A stretch of 45,095 nt of DNA, from positions 1 through 45,095 of the IMG/VR virus record IMGVR_UViG_3300022602_000172. One strand, given 5' to 3'. Source of the DNA: a virus (lineage: Duplodnaviria; Caudoviricetes). Made by a program: the position numbers and the translations under genes. Positions 20,121 through 29,194 of the stretch are shown here, in pieces; position 1 is the first letter of the stretch; every line of letters starts with the position of its first letter. The notes under the pieces were generated by a model. It had not been told where the DNA came from and searched no databases. It was given only the letters and a program-made list of their open reading frames with translations.

Positions 20121-21623
20121 TTAAATGTGAGCAGACATAAAGAACATCATAGCTGCCATAGTTAAACCAGGTCGTAAGCCTGGATTTGTAGTGGGTGCAA
20201 CTCCAGGAATCGTTGTTAGTACAGTCTGTTGAGAATTTATTGCTGTAATAATATCACTGGGTTGTAAATTACCCGCTGTTCCTGTTGTTAAGCTAGTTCC
20301 GTTATATAGGCCTAAAACACCTGTATTAACGATCTGTACATAATCGCCATAAGTTGGATCTCGAGATACGACTTGTGTACTAATACCTGGAACACGACCA
20401 CCTGGTCCTGTATAGCCAGCGCCTGTACCTAATATTTGAAATGTGCTGGCAATACTGGTAGCAGATGCAAAACCTGCCACTGGATTAGAGTCGCCATACA
20501 ACTTATTATATACACTAACATTATTTGTAATGGTAATTGTATTGGTCCCGCTTTGGCTTGTTGAGATACCATTGGCGCCAGCTATGATATTAGTTGTTTG
20601 AGTTTTGGTTGTTGAATCGTCTGTGGTAATGGTTTGGCCGTTATTAATAATAGTCAAACGATTTTTAGTACTGTCTGTAGTTAATGTGATATGATCGCCA
20701 GCAAATACATTTAGTGTAGTTGATCCAAGATTTTTTGCTGGGTTAATATCATTTTGTCCAAGTACACTGACCTGTGTAATACCTTGATTCTTGATAACAA
20801 TACTTCTATCTGTTTGGGCTGTAGTAATAACAATACCATTTGCAGCTTTCAAATTTATGTAGTCGTCGGCTACTTTAGCATCGATAGTAGTTTGACCTGG
20901 CACAATAATACTACTGATACTGCGTACAGGCTCGATAGTGTTGGTAAGATTATTAAGTTGTTTTGCACTTGTGTTAAAAGTTAAGTTAACATTTGTGTGG
21001 GCTGTAATAGAAGTAGAAAAGAATCCGCCAATTACCAATCTTCCTAATCCAGCTGTCCAGGATTGAACTGTTGCCAATGATGGTATACCTGTGCCGCTCA
21101 CACGTTGACCAACTAGAATATTACCAGTTATCTGTGCTGTAGGAATTGTAATAGTTAATGTAGTAACATTAGTAATGCTAGACCAAGATGCTCCTGTTGC
21201 AATTGCCGCAGCGTTTATTGGCTTAATTGTTTGACTGGTCTTTGCATAATTGGCAAAGAAAGTAACTATGGTGCCTTGCACTGCAACAGTTGCAGGCTCT
21301 ACTACTAGTTGTGCTTGGCTGTTGTTCGAAACGCTTCTAATATTTAATAGGGGTCTAGTAAGACTAGTTCTACCATAAACTGTTATAGTGCTTTGACCAG
21401 GCATAGCTACTAATGTAGCATGGATTGTTTCTCTTTCGTTTAAACCATACTCTGCGTTAATAATATATTCAGCTGAAATAAAGTCGCCAACATACCAAGA
21501 ATCAATAACTGTGCTGTTGTAAATGGCTGTGCCAGTGCTTTGGTATGATAAATTAGTTCCTCGTGACAATTGAACCGTAGAGTTGTTGCCGCGGGAAAAG
21601 AACGAATTTATAATTTGAGTCAT
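20121..21623 (-). CDS. Fibre-like virion protein (500 aa)
   Basis: Repeated AGxxITLTT...ITI beta motifs; late promoter at 21643-21648. Confidence 0.65.
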   Translation of the reverse strand: MTQIINSFFSRGNNSTVQLSRGTNLSYQSTGTAIYNSTVIDSWYVGDFISAEYIINAEYGLNERETIHATLVAMPGQSTITVYGRTSLTRPLLNIRSVSNNSQAQLVVEPATVAVQGTIVTFFANYAKTSQTIKPINAAAIATGASWSSITNVTTLTITIPTAQITGNILVGQRVSGTGIPSLATVQSWTAGLGRLVIGGFFSTSITAHTNVNLTFNTSAKQLNNLTNTIEPVRSISSIIVPGQTTIDAKVADDYINLKAANGIVITTAQTDRSIVIKNQGITQVSVLGQNDINPAKNLGSTTLNVFAGDHITLTTDSTKNRLTIINNGQTITTDDSTTKTQTTNIIAGANGISTSQSGTNTITITNNVSVYNKLYGDSNPVAGFASATSIASTFQILGTGAGYTGPGGRVPGISTQVVSRDPTYGDYVQIVNTGVLGLYNGTSLTTGTAGNLQPSDIITAINSQQTVLTTIPGVAPTTNPGLRPGLTMAAMMFFMSAHI

Positions 21624-21768
21624 CTTTAGATCCTAGATGTAGTATTTAGCTGTTATTGTTTCAAAATTTCGAGCACATGCTTTATTGTAGATAACTAGTA
21701 TAGCGGTTCGTTTAACTGTACTTTTTAGTATGAAGATGTTAAACTTATAAAAACTTTTAATTTTGCCC

Positions 21769-22398
21769 ATGAACCTTAGAAAACTACTAGACGACGATAT
21801 TGATGTTGCAGCATTGCAGACTATACCCAATTTTGGATCTGCCTACACTAAACCAGTAGTTGGTATTTCTAGGGATGGTGTAATCAATTACCCTAAAACG
21901 TCACATGTTACTCGCCCTGACGAATTTGAAATAATTCCGGGTGTTGCGGCCGCGGTTGCTGAAATACGTCGAAAAGGATATAGGATTATTATATTGTCAA
22001 ATCAGTATGGTATCAGTGAAGGAAAGTTAACTCCTGTTGAAGTTGATATGGTCAATCAACGTATGCTTGAACTATTTGGTGAAGCCGGTTGTCCCAGCAT
22101 CGATGCCATGTACTATTCTACCAGTCGAATGAAAGAAGACATGTTTGCTTTGCCTAATATCGGCATGTTTCATCGTGCTGAGCGTGAACATCCGGTTAAG
22201 TTCAAAGAGGGCTGGTTTGTAGGAGATAAAATCAGCGATCTCAAAGCGGCTGAAAATATTAAATCTAAGCCTGTACTGATCAAGACAGGCGACTGGGAAG
22301 AGACTGTTAAAAAATTAGGCACATTTGCTAATAAAGACTTGCGTAAACGCACACAGGTTTTTGATAGCTTAATGGATTTCGCTGAAAGTTTAAGCTGA
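21769..22398 (+). CDS. GmhB/HisB-N-like HAD protein with degenerate active site
   Basis: SRDGVIN (normally DRDGxIN), LSNQYGI, ALPNIGM (normally KPxxGM) and VGDKISDLKAA. Confidence 0.85.
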   Translation: MNLRKLLDDDIDVAALQTIPNFGSAYTKPVVGISRDGVINYPKTSHVTRPDEFEIIPGVAAAVAEIRRKGYRIIILSNQYGISEGKLTPVEVDMVNQRMLELFGEAGCPSIDAMYYSTSRMKEDMFALPNIGMFHRAEREHPVKFKEGWFVGDKISDLKAAENIKSKPVLIKTGDWEETVKKLGTFANKDLRKRTQVFDSLMDFAESLS

Positions 22399-23238
22399 TC
22401 TAAATTCTTCTGGTATATCCAGTACAATTTCTTCCAAAGGAAAATCGTAGTAAAAATACTGAGTTCCGGTTCTAGGAACTGAGGTTACCCACTCACCATT
22501 AATGACTACTCCGCTTTGACTGGATGTGTCTCCATGGTACTCGGAACCGTCCATCATATAGCAATTATCTACTGTAATAATGGCCATCTTGTTTATAAAC
22601 GAAAATCTTCTTAGATTAATGTCGTGCCAAGTTTCTTGTATTTCTTTATCTAATTCCATGCTGAGGCCGTTTTGCGGAGCAACATTTCTATGTCCGTTAG
22701 TAGCATGTATTAACAAGTTTGCTCCTAATTTCCTCAATTCTCCAGGAACACAGGGCTGACCGTCGATACCGTACATGTCTATACATATTAGTCCGCCAAC
22801 GGGAACAAATCTAGAGCTGTCCACTATTAAAGGTAACGCATGTGTTCTATAATCACCGATAACTCCAATTTCTTGATCTCTTTCTATAGCATAATGCTTA
22901 TTAACATACCCTAAAAAATTTCCATTATTTTGATAAAATCGAATTTGATTGCGTCTTACGGAGTTCCCATCCTCATTCTCATCCCATAATGTTCCTAAAC
23001 ACAACCCAACATTTTTTGCAGCTGCATATTTTTCTATTTCAGCCAAGCCGTCAACAGTTCTGTTGAAATCGTTATTAAAATCAGCTGTATAACCGCTTAG
23101 AGATGCTTCGGGTGTTACTAAGTAGTCAACATTGTTTTCACTTGCCCAATCGATGGCCCTTCTTATTTCCATAACATTGGTTTGTGTGTATGGAGTAACT
23201 GGGATTTGTGCGCCTGCTAGTCTTATATTTGTTTTCAT
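22390..23238 (-). CDS. Nitrilase-superfamily carbon-nitrogen hydrolase (paralog B)
   Basis: Glu-Lys-Cys triad pattern: LVTPEASLSGY, VNKH, GLICIDMY. Confidence 0.85.
   Translation of the reverse strand: MKTNIRLAGAQIPVTPYTQTNVMEIRRAIDWASENNVDYLVTPEASLSGYTADFNNDFNRTVDGLAEIEKYAAAKNVGLCLGTLWDENEDGNSVRRNQIRFYQNNGNFLGYVNKHYAIERDQEIGVIGDYRTHALPLIVDSSRFVPVGGLICIDMYGIDGQPCVPGELRKLGANLLIHATNGHRNVAPQNGLSMELDKEIQETWHDINLRRFSFINKMAIITVDNCYMMDGSEYHGDTSSQSGVVINGEWVTSVPRTGTQYFYYDFPLEEIVLDIPEEFRSA
23108..23151. repeat. 44-bp perfect repeat, copy 1 (copy 2 at 23938-23981)
   Basis: TCGGGTGTTACTAAGTAGTCAACATTGTTTTCACTTGCCCAATC is identical in both nitrilase paralogs. Confidence 0.9.
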
Positions 23239-24083
23239 TCTATAGGTTCTTTTAAAATTATGTCATCTAATTCAAGGTCATGATAAAAGTATTGAGTATC
23301 TGTTCTTGGAACACTAGTAACCCATACTCCGTTGATCAATACTCCACTTTGTGTCAAGGTATTTCCGTGATATTCTGTACCATCCATCATATAACAGTTA
23401 TCCACAACAATGATAGGGCAACGTTGATACATGGATACTCTTCGCAACCATGCTTCTACCCAAATTTCTTCAATTTCATTTTTGACTGGATCTGTATTAC
23501 GTTCTCCGTTGGTAGCATGAATGAATAACTTTACACCCATATCATGATATTGTTGAGGTAAACCGCCCTTGGCGCCACCCCAACCGTAGATATCTGCACA
23601 AATGAGACCAGCTGTAGGAATAATATTATCTTTAAAAGGTACGGCTATACCAGATAGCACAATATCAGGGGCTACGCCAATTGCAGTGTCTAACTCAGTC
23701 ATTACTGTTTTGCCGCTTGACCCTAAATATATTCCGTCTGGTGTATAATATCTAATTTGATTTTTGTTGACAGTAGACAGCTCGCCGGTATCTGTTTTAT
23801 AGATTTCTTGCCATATTGTGCCTAGGCATAATCCAACTGTTTTTTCTTTAGCATACGCTTCAATTTCACCAAGTGCTAATATTAAATCGGGTAGCTTTTT
23901 ATCAAGACAATTGATACTATATCCACTTAATGATGCCTCGGGTGTTACTAAGTAGTCAACATTGTTTTCACTTGCCCAATCAATGGCTTGTTTAATGGTA
24001 TCGGCATTTGTTTGGATTGAAGGAGTAACAGGAATCTGTGCCCCTCCAATTCTTATTGTTTTATTCATAGGTTTATTCTTCAT
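23235..24083 (-). CDS. Nitrilase-superfamily carbon-nitrogen hydrolase (paralog A)
   Basis: LVTPEASLSGY, SGKT and GLICADIY; colinear with paralog B. Confidence 0.85.
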   Translation of the reverse strand: MKNKPMNKTIRIGGAQIPVTPSIQTNADTIKQAIDWASENNVDYLVTPEASLSGYSINCLDKKLPDLILALGEIEAYAKEKTVGLCLGTIWQEIYKTDTGELSTVNKNQIRYYTPDGIYLGSSGKTVMTELDTAIGVAPDIVLSGIAVPFKDNIIPTAGLICADIYGWGGAKGGLPQQYHDMGVKLFIHATNGERNTDPVKNEIEEIWVEAWLRRVSMYQRCPIIVVDNCYMMDGTEYHGNTLTQSGVLINGVWVTSVPRTDTQYFYHDLELDDIILKEPIE

Positions 24084-25872
24084 TGAGAATTCTAATTAAT
24101 TTGTTGTACTCTGGAAGATACAGATATTCTATTTCACTTCGTGATAGAGTCTCTAATGCATCTTCCAATGTCTCAACCAATGGATCGCCGCCTAGATTAA
24201 AACTGGTATTAAACAAAATAGGAACACCAGACACATTGTAAAATTCTTTAATCAAATTGTAAAAATGTTTATTCTGATCAGGTGTAACTGTTTGTATTCT
24301 GCATGTGCCGTCCACGTGAATAATACTGGGTACTTTTTCAACAACTCCTGGTTGACAATTTACAGCATACATCATGCTAGGACTTTCTTCCATGCCTCGT
24401 AGGTCAAACCATTCGTGCACATGTTCTTGCAATATACTTCCGGCAAATGGACGGAAATACTCTCGATGTTTTACATTGTTAACAAAATCTTTACCGTCTA
24501 TAACAGTTGGGTCAAATAATATGCTTCTATTGCCCAGTGCACGGGGGCCGTTTTCGCTGCGTCCTTGAAACATTGCAACAATATTTTTATTTTTAATTAA
24601 TGTTGCAATATCTGCACAAGTAGCATCAATATATTCTGCTTCGTATGCGGCACAAGCAGATTCAATATCATCCATTGAATATTGATATTCAAACCCTAAA
24701 TATAAATTATCTGTAAATTTAGTGATTGTAGAATCGTTGTACAACATACGGTGCACTATCATTGCTGCTCCCATTGCAGTACCGGCATCATTGCTAATTG
24801 GTTCAACATACAAATTGATGCCTTTTTCCCTTAGGGTGTTTAGATAAAAATAGTTTGCCACGCAATTTAATCCGTACCCGCCACTTATTACAACATTATT
24901 TTTTCCAGAAATTTCCACTGCTTTCAATATCAATTGTAGAACTTGTTCTTGAGTTTGAGTTTGACAAGCATATGCCAAATCTCTACGATTCTCCATTGTG
25001 CTGAGGTCTTGAGCATTTTTATCGGCTAGATATTCAAATAGATCTTCGTTAATAACTGCACCGTTAGGATAACGGGGAATTACTAAATTTCTATTAGAAG
25101 TTGGGTATGTACCGGTTGTATCAAACAATTTTGGTATTCGGTCTGATTCTTTTCCGTAAGGAAACAAGCCCATGGTTTTGCCAGCTTCGATTGCGGTAAA
25201 TCCACAGTACTCTGTAACTGCTTCGTACACTTTAACAATACCGGCATGGTCTCCAATTCTAGCTTCGTGTGTTGTATTTTCTTTATATCGATCGCCTGAA
25301 AAATTCTTAACAATTGCGCCTAGGCGAGGTTCTTTGATACCGATATGTTTGTACAAAGTTCTGAATTCGGCTGGATAGGCACACTCAAAAATTGACTCAG
25401 TTTCCCAGCCTGTTAAATGTTCTCCTTGGAACTCTAAATCCAAGAATGTTCCTGCACCGTCTACAATAACTGAAACAGCATCTTCAAATCCTGAACGATA
25501 AAATGCGCAGGCTGCATGTAATTTATGATGAACAAAACTGAGATCAATCACCTGATGATGATTGAATCTATCGCCCTTTCTATCTATTAACCCTAATTTA
25601 CGAGCAAACCCGGTATACATGTCTTCGCCACTAAAGTCAATTTTTCCAGCTGTTTCTTTAGGAGTAGTATGCGCAATAACAAGATAATCCAGTTTGTCAG
25701 TATAATCAAGGATTTTCAGCATACTTGCTAACGGACCCCCGTCATATTTTTGACGAGTAATACGTTCTTCTTCAATACTGAAAACAATTTCTCCATCTTT
25801 TAGTAAGCAAACTCCAGCATTATGCCCTCGAGTGATACCTGCTATCCAAATACTTCTTTTTTGTTCTGTCAT
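24073..25872 (-). CDS. Carbamoyltransferase (NodU/CmcH/TobZ family)
   Basis: EEERITRQK, HHKLHA, GKTMGL, GGYGLNCVAN, NDAG, GPRALGNRSIL, REYFRPFA, HVDGTCRIQTV and NTSFN. Confidence 0.95.
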   Translation of the reverse strand: MTEQKRSIWIAGITRGHNAGVCLLKDGEIVFSIEEERITRQKYDGGPLASMLKILDYTDKLDYLVIAHTTPKETAGKIDFSGEDMYTGFARKLGLIDRKGDRFNHHQVIDLSFVHHKLHAACAFYRSGFEDAVSVIVDGAGTFLDLEFQGEHLTGWETESIFECAYPAEFRTLYKHIGIKEPRLGAIVKNFSGDRYKENTTHEARIGDHAGIVKVYEAVTEYCGFTAIEAGKTMGLFPYGKESDRIPKLFDTTGTYPTSNRNLVIPRYPNGAVINEDLFEYLADKNAQDLSTMENRRDLAYACQTQTQEQVLQLILKAVEISGKNNVVISGGYGLNCVANYFYLNTLREKGINLYVEPISNDAGTAMGAAMIVHRMLYNDSTITKFTDNLYLGFEYQYSMDDIESACAAYEAEYIDATCADIATLIKNKNIVAMFQGRSENGPRALGNRSILFDPTVIDGKDFVNNVKHREYFRPFAGSILQEHVHEWFDLRGMEESPSMMYAVNCQPGVVEKVPSIIHVDGTCRIQTVTPDQNKHFYNLIKEFYNVSGVPILFNTSFNLGGDPLVETLEDALETLSRSEIEYLYLPEYNKLIRILNEE

Positions 25873-25884
25873 GTTGTTCCTCTA

Positions 25885-26838
25885 TTATTTTTTAATAAAT
25901 GTGTTGTAAAGCTCTAATACTGACTCTACTACAATATTTTCTACTTTGTCATTCATGGCCATGATGCCATCGTTGTTCATATCAGCATATTCATCTGGTG
26001 CTATCCTGATAGGGCTATAAATTCTTGCGCCTTCGCCCATGTCTAATATTTTAATATTTTCACAGTTGGGGTATGATACATTTACAGGAAATGTAGATCC
26101 CATAACTGATACTGCAGGTTTGTTTAGTGCGTATGCAACATGCTGGGCAACACTGTCGCAAGATAATAATATATCTGCAGATTTGATAATGCCTGCCCAT
26201 TGTCGTAAAGGTATGTTTGTAGGAACCGCAACTGGGTCTTTACAACCAAGTGTTTGAAAATTCAATGGCAATTCTGTCATAACAATAACAGCAAAATCTT
26301 TTTGTAGTTTGTTAATAATATTGATTACATTACCTAATTCAAAACTTCTACCTGATGGATCTGTAACTATATCGCCTTTCATATTCACACCACGGCCGAA
26401 TGGTTGAAAAACAACTGTTTTAGTTTTTCCAGCTCTGGCTAATACATCTTTTACTCCAACTTTTCCGTTGGTAATTTCATCTTGTGTTAGTTTTAGAGTT
26501 GGACGTGGCAGATCTCTAATGCCTTTGTTATTGATTTCAATATCAAATGCTTGGCTTAGACTGCATTTTTGATTATAGTATTCCCAAACTCTATAAGGTT
26601 CAGGAGTTACAATAGTCATATCAACTAACTTGTCATGAAATAAGTTTTTATGCCAATTATCGTATACACGGTTGTGCAATTTTGGATGGGCTTTAAAGAA
26701 GTCTGTGCCGCCTTCGCAGATGATTAGAAATTTTTCATCTGGATGATCCTCTGCATATAATTCTAATGCAGGAACAGAGCATATTACTCTACCTGCTCCG
26801 CCATTGATAAAGAATGCTTTTGCTCTTTTTGAACTCAT
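25885..26838 (-). CDS. GT-B glycosyltransferase, family 9 (heptosyltransferase)-like
   Basis: N-terminal INGGAGRVICSVPAL, VVFQPFG and IIKSADILLSCDSVAQHVAYALNKPAVSVMGST (GT9 DSxxxHxAxA motif). ATG 26838 follows AGGAG. Confidence 0.75.
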   Translation of the reverse strand: MSSKRAKAFFINGGAGRVICSVPALELYAEDHPDEKFLIICEGGTDFFKAHPKLHNRVYDNWHKNLFHDKLVDMTIVTPEPYRVWEYYNQKCSLSQAFDIEINNKGIRDLPRPTLKLTQDEITNGKVGVKDVLARAGKTKTVVFQPFGRGVNMKGDIVTDPSGRSFELGNVINIINKLQKDFAVIVMTELPLNFQTLGCKDPVAVPTNIPLRQWAGIIKSADILLSCDSVAQHVAYALNKPAVSVMGSTFPVNVSYPNCENIKILDMGEGARIYSPIRIAPDEYADMNNDGIMAMNDKVENIVVESVLELYNTFIKK

Positions 26839-26867
26839 GAAAAATGCCTCTCCTAGCTGATAATGCA

Positions 26868-26896
26868 ATTATATATGCATTTAATCAGCTAGTCAA
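26868..26896 (-). promoter_or_regulatory. Near-consensus sigma70 promoter, overlapped by a palindrome (26853-26892)
   Basis: TTGACT-17 nt-TATAAT, 29 nt upstream of the GT9 ATG. Confidence 0.85.
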
Positions 26897-26928
26897 GGCA
26901 AATATGACTCAAATTTAATTTAACTTGA

Positions 26929-28161
26929 TTATGTTGAAGTTGTTGCAGTAGTACCGGTAGTGCCAACAGTTGAAGTTGTTGCAGTAGTACCGGTAGTGCC
27001 AACAGTTGAAGTTGTTCCTGTTGTTCCAGTAGTTCCGGTAGTACCAGTGGTTCCTGTTGTACCGGTCGTGCCTGTTGTACCAGTGGTTCCGGTAGTACCA
27101 GTGGTACCTGTGGTTCCTGTAGTGCCAGTGGTTCCTGTAGTACCTGTGGTTCCTGTAGTACCTGTGGTTCCTGTAGTGCCAACAGTTGAAGTTGTTGCTG
27201 CTTCTTGCGCCAGTTGCTGTGTATAAGCCGCTTGTACCATTTCAGTAGTTAAACTAATGTCAGGGTTGCTGTCAATTAAACTCTGACGAACTTCTTCAAA
27301 TTTAGCAACGGATGCAGAGTGTGTTGGATGACCGTCATGCAACTCGTCCCACGGTGCTAGTTTTGCTGCGTCTTCGGCTGTTACGGGGCAAATTGAATCT
27401 AGCACAAAATCTTCATCGTCGGTGTCATCGATGTGATATGCTGTTTCATGAGGTGTGGCGCCCCATGTTTCAGTACGCTCCAAATTTCTTGGTTCGTTTG
27501 GAATACCGTCGGGAATTCCGATTGGCATTGAATTATCTAAGCGCACCTGATCCATCATGGGCCACGCAACTTTCCAAGGATGCTTTTTACTAATTTGATT
27601 TAATATAACATAGTCAATTATTTCAAGACAATAGTTACCTATATCGCGCTGCTCTTGTGTTAAAATATCTTTTGATAGTCTTTCTGCAATCTGAGCTCTG
27701 TGACTTTTTCCTTGATTCATTAACATTTCCCAAGAAAATACCAGTTGCCACCATGCGTAGGTTACAATTCCATTTTCATCAACAGTGCATTTGCGTAAAT
27801 CGTAAGTGTGATCCAACGATGGTGGTTCGTGGCGTTGATAAACCATGTTGTATTTTTCGCAAACTGTTTCAACTTGATTGTCAGCTTTGTGATCTTCATG
27901 ATTGCAAATCATGGCCATTAAGGCAATATGATTTGGATTATGTGAATGCAAATAGATATCATCTTGTGTATCGTTGCTACTATCTGTACCACCATGAATT
28001 TCAGGATGACCGTCATGGTCATACTCCGTACTTTCAATCATTCGTGTTTGCTTGTTAACTCTAATTTTAAAATCGTGTGGACCATGATATTCGCTTGTTA
28101 TGGTTCTAAACCCGCTGGACAAGTCGTTATATTCGTTTGGTGCTAGATACGTGAATTTCAT
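26929..28161 (-). CDS. Putative tail-fibre assembly chaperone-like protein with acidic extension and Gly-Thr-Thr repeat tail
   Basis: Follows the fibre-tip genes. A helical segment ending HPWKVAWP resembles Tfa-type C-termini. His/Asp-rich, with a (GTT)n tail. Confidence 0.5.
   Translation of the reverse strand: MKFTYLAPNEYNDLSSGFRTITSEYHGPHDFKIRVNKQTRMIESTEYDHDGHPEIHGGTDSSNDTQDDIYLHSHNPNHIALMAMICNHEDHKADNQVETVCEKYNMVYQRHEPPSLDHTYDLRKCTVDENGIVTYAWWQLVFSWEMLMNQGKSHRAQIAERLSKDILTQEQRDIGNYCLEIIDYVILNQISKKHPWKVAWPMMDQVRLDNSMPIGIPDGIPNEPRNLERTETWGATPHETAYHIDDTDDEDFVLDSICPVTAEDAAKLAPWDELHDGHPTHSASVAKFEEVRQSLIDSNPDISLTTEMVQAAYTQQLAQEAATTSTVGTTGTTGTTGTTGTTGTTGTTGTTGTTGTTGTTGTTGTTGTTGTTGTTGTTGTTGTTSTVGTTGTTATTSTVGTTGTTATTST
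26933..27190. repeat. Coding tandem repeat: degenerate 9-bp unit x19 plus a perfect 36-bp duplication
   Basis: 27010-27180 encodes (Gly-Thr-Thr)19. GTTGAAGTTGTTGCAGTAGTACCGGTAGTGCCAACA is repeated at 26933-26968 and 26969-27004. Confidence 0.92.
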
Positions 28162-28189
28162 TTATTTCTCCTAATTCTTTTTAATATTT

Positions 28190-29185
28190 TTATGACCAGC
28201 TGATTAACACAAGCGAAGTGCCGCCGGCGCCGCCTAAACAACAACCACCAGATATCGTGGTTCCACTTGCACTTGATCCGCCGCCGCCTGGCGTATTGCC
28301 TTGTGTTCCGCCAAATTGAGTACAACTATTTGAGCCGCAATCACAACATTGTGCTGCACCGCCTGCATAAGATGCGCCACCGCGGCCAAAGCCCGCACCC
28401 TGCCAAGAAGCAGTAGGCACTAGAAAACATGCGTTATCAGTTGCATATACAAGTTGTTGATCAGGTGCTGTAAACCCGCAACCGCCTCTTACATAAAAGT
28501 TAAAGTTGGTACAACAACTGCAAGATATTATGTTGCCAGTTCCGCCAGTTCGGTCACTAGTTCCTTGAATCAGTTGGAATGGCATGTTATTGTCTTGTCT
28601 AAATGGATTGGCTTGAGTTAAGAAACAAGCACCATCCATACAGTAGTTGTTAGACGCAAAGCCCCACCAGCAACAATTGATAGCCAGTGTACTATGATAA
28701 GGATTAAAATTTATATTAGTCCAACCGTTAGTACTACCACCTCCAGCATAGGCACACTGACACACAGTAGTACCGCCACATGCGCTAGTAGTGTTAACTA
28801 CCCAGCAAGTAATACCTGAGCTGCCGCAATCACAAACTCGTGCAAGTTGCCCTGGTGAGCCTGTCTGTGCACCAGCAGTTGGGGTAAAACATGCGCATGC
28901 GCATGCACAAATACAAAAAGTATGACTTGTAGCACTAGTAGCACATGCAACCCACCCATATTCGCCACCCATGCCGCCATTCGGTGAACCCATACAACAG
29001 CAACTGGCTGCACCGCCACCGCCTTGTCCCCACATTTCTATTACAAAACATGTAGCACTAGCAGGAATGCAGATACAACAGGCATTGCCGCCGGCTACAT
29101 ATGCACAGTTAGTTCTGTGAGTAGGCCTACACCATGTTCTACCAGTAGTTGCTCCAACTGTAAATAAACTTGTTATTAAACTCAT
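28190..29185 (-). CDS. Cys-rich glycine-rich-domain fibre-tip/adhesin-like protein B
   Basis: IPASATCFVIEMWGQGGGGA...GGMGGEY...PGGGG...GGAGGTSLVLISW; about 36 Cys in 331 aa. Confidence 0.75.
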   Translation of the reverse strand: MSLITSLFTVGATTGRTWCRPTHRTNCAYVAGGNACCICIPASATCFVIEMWGQGGGGAASCCCMGSPNGGMGGEYGWVACATSATSHTFCICACACACFTPTAGAQTGSPGQLARVCDCGSSGITCWVVNTTSACGGTTVCQCAYAGGGSTNGWTNINFNPYHSTLAINCCWWGFASNNYCMDGACFLTQANPFRQDNNMPFQLIQGTSDRTGGTGNIISCSCCTNFNFYVRGGCGFTAPDQQLVYATDNACFLVPTASWQGAGFGRGGASYAGGAAQCCDCGSNSCTQFGGTQGNTPGGGGSSASGTTISGGCCLGGAGGTSLVLISWS

Positions 29186-29194
29186 AATGTATCC

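Noticed and set aside
24073-25872. Carbamoyltransferase as a DNA hypermodification enzyme (hydroxymethylcytosine carbamoylation)
   Set aside because: This activity is known for some phage homologs, but no hydroxymethylase or thymidylate-synthase-like gene is in the window and the neighbours are glycan and fibre genes. It is disfavoured rather than excluded.
26889-27226. Alternative-frame ORFs with (QEPQVL)n and (VVP)n repeats; possible CRISPR array
   Set aside because: These are shadows of the GTT coding repeat. There are no spacers or cas genes.
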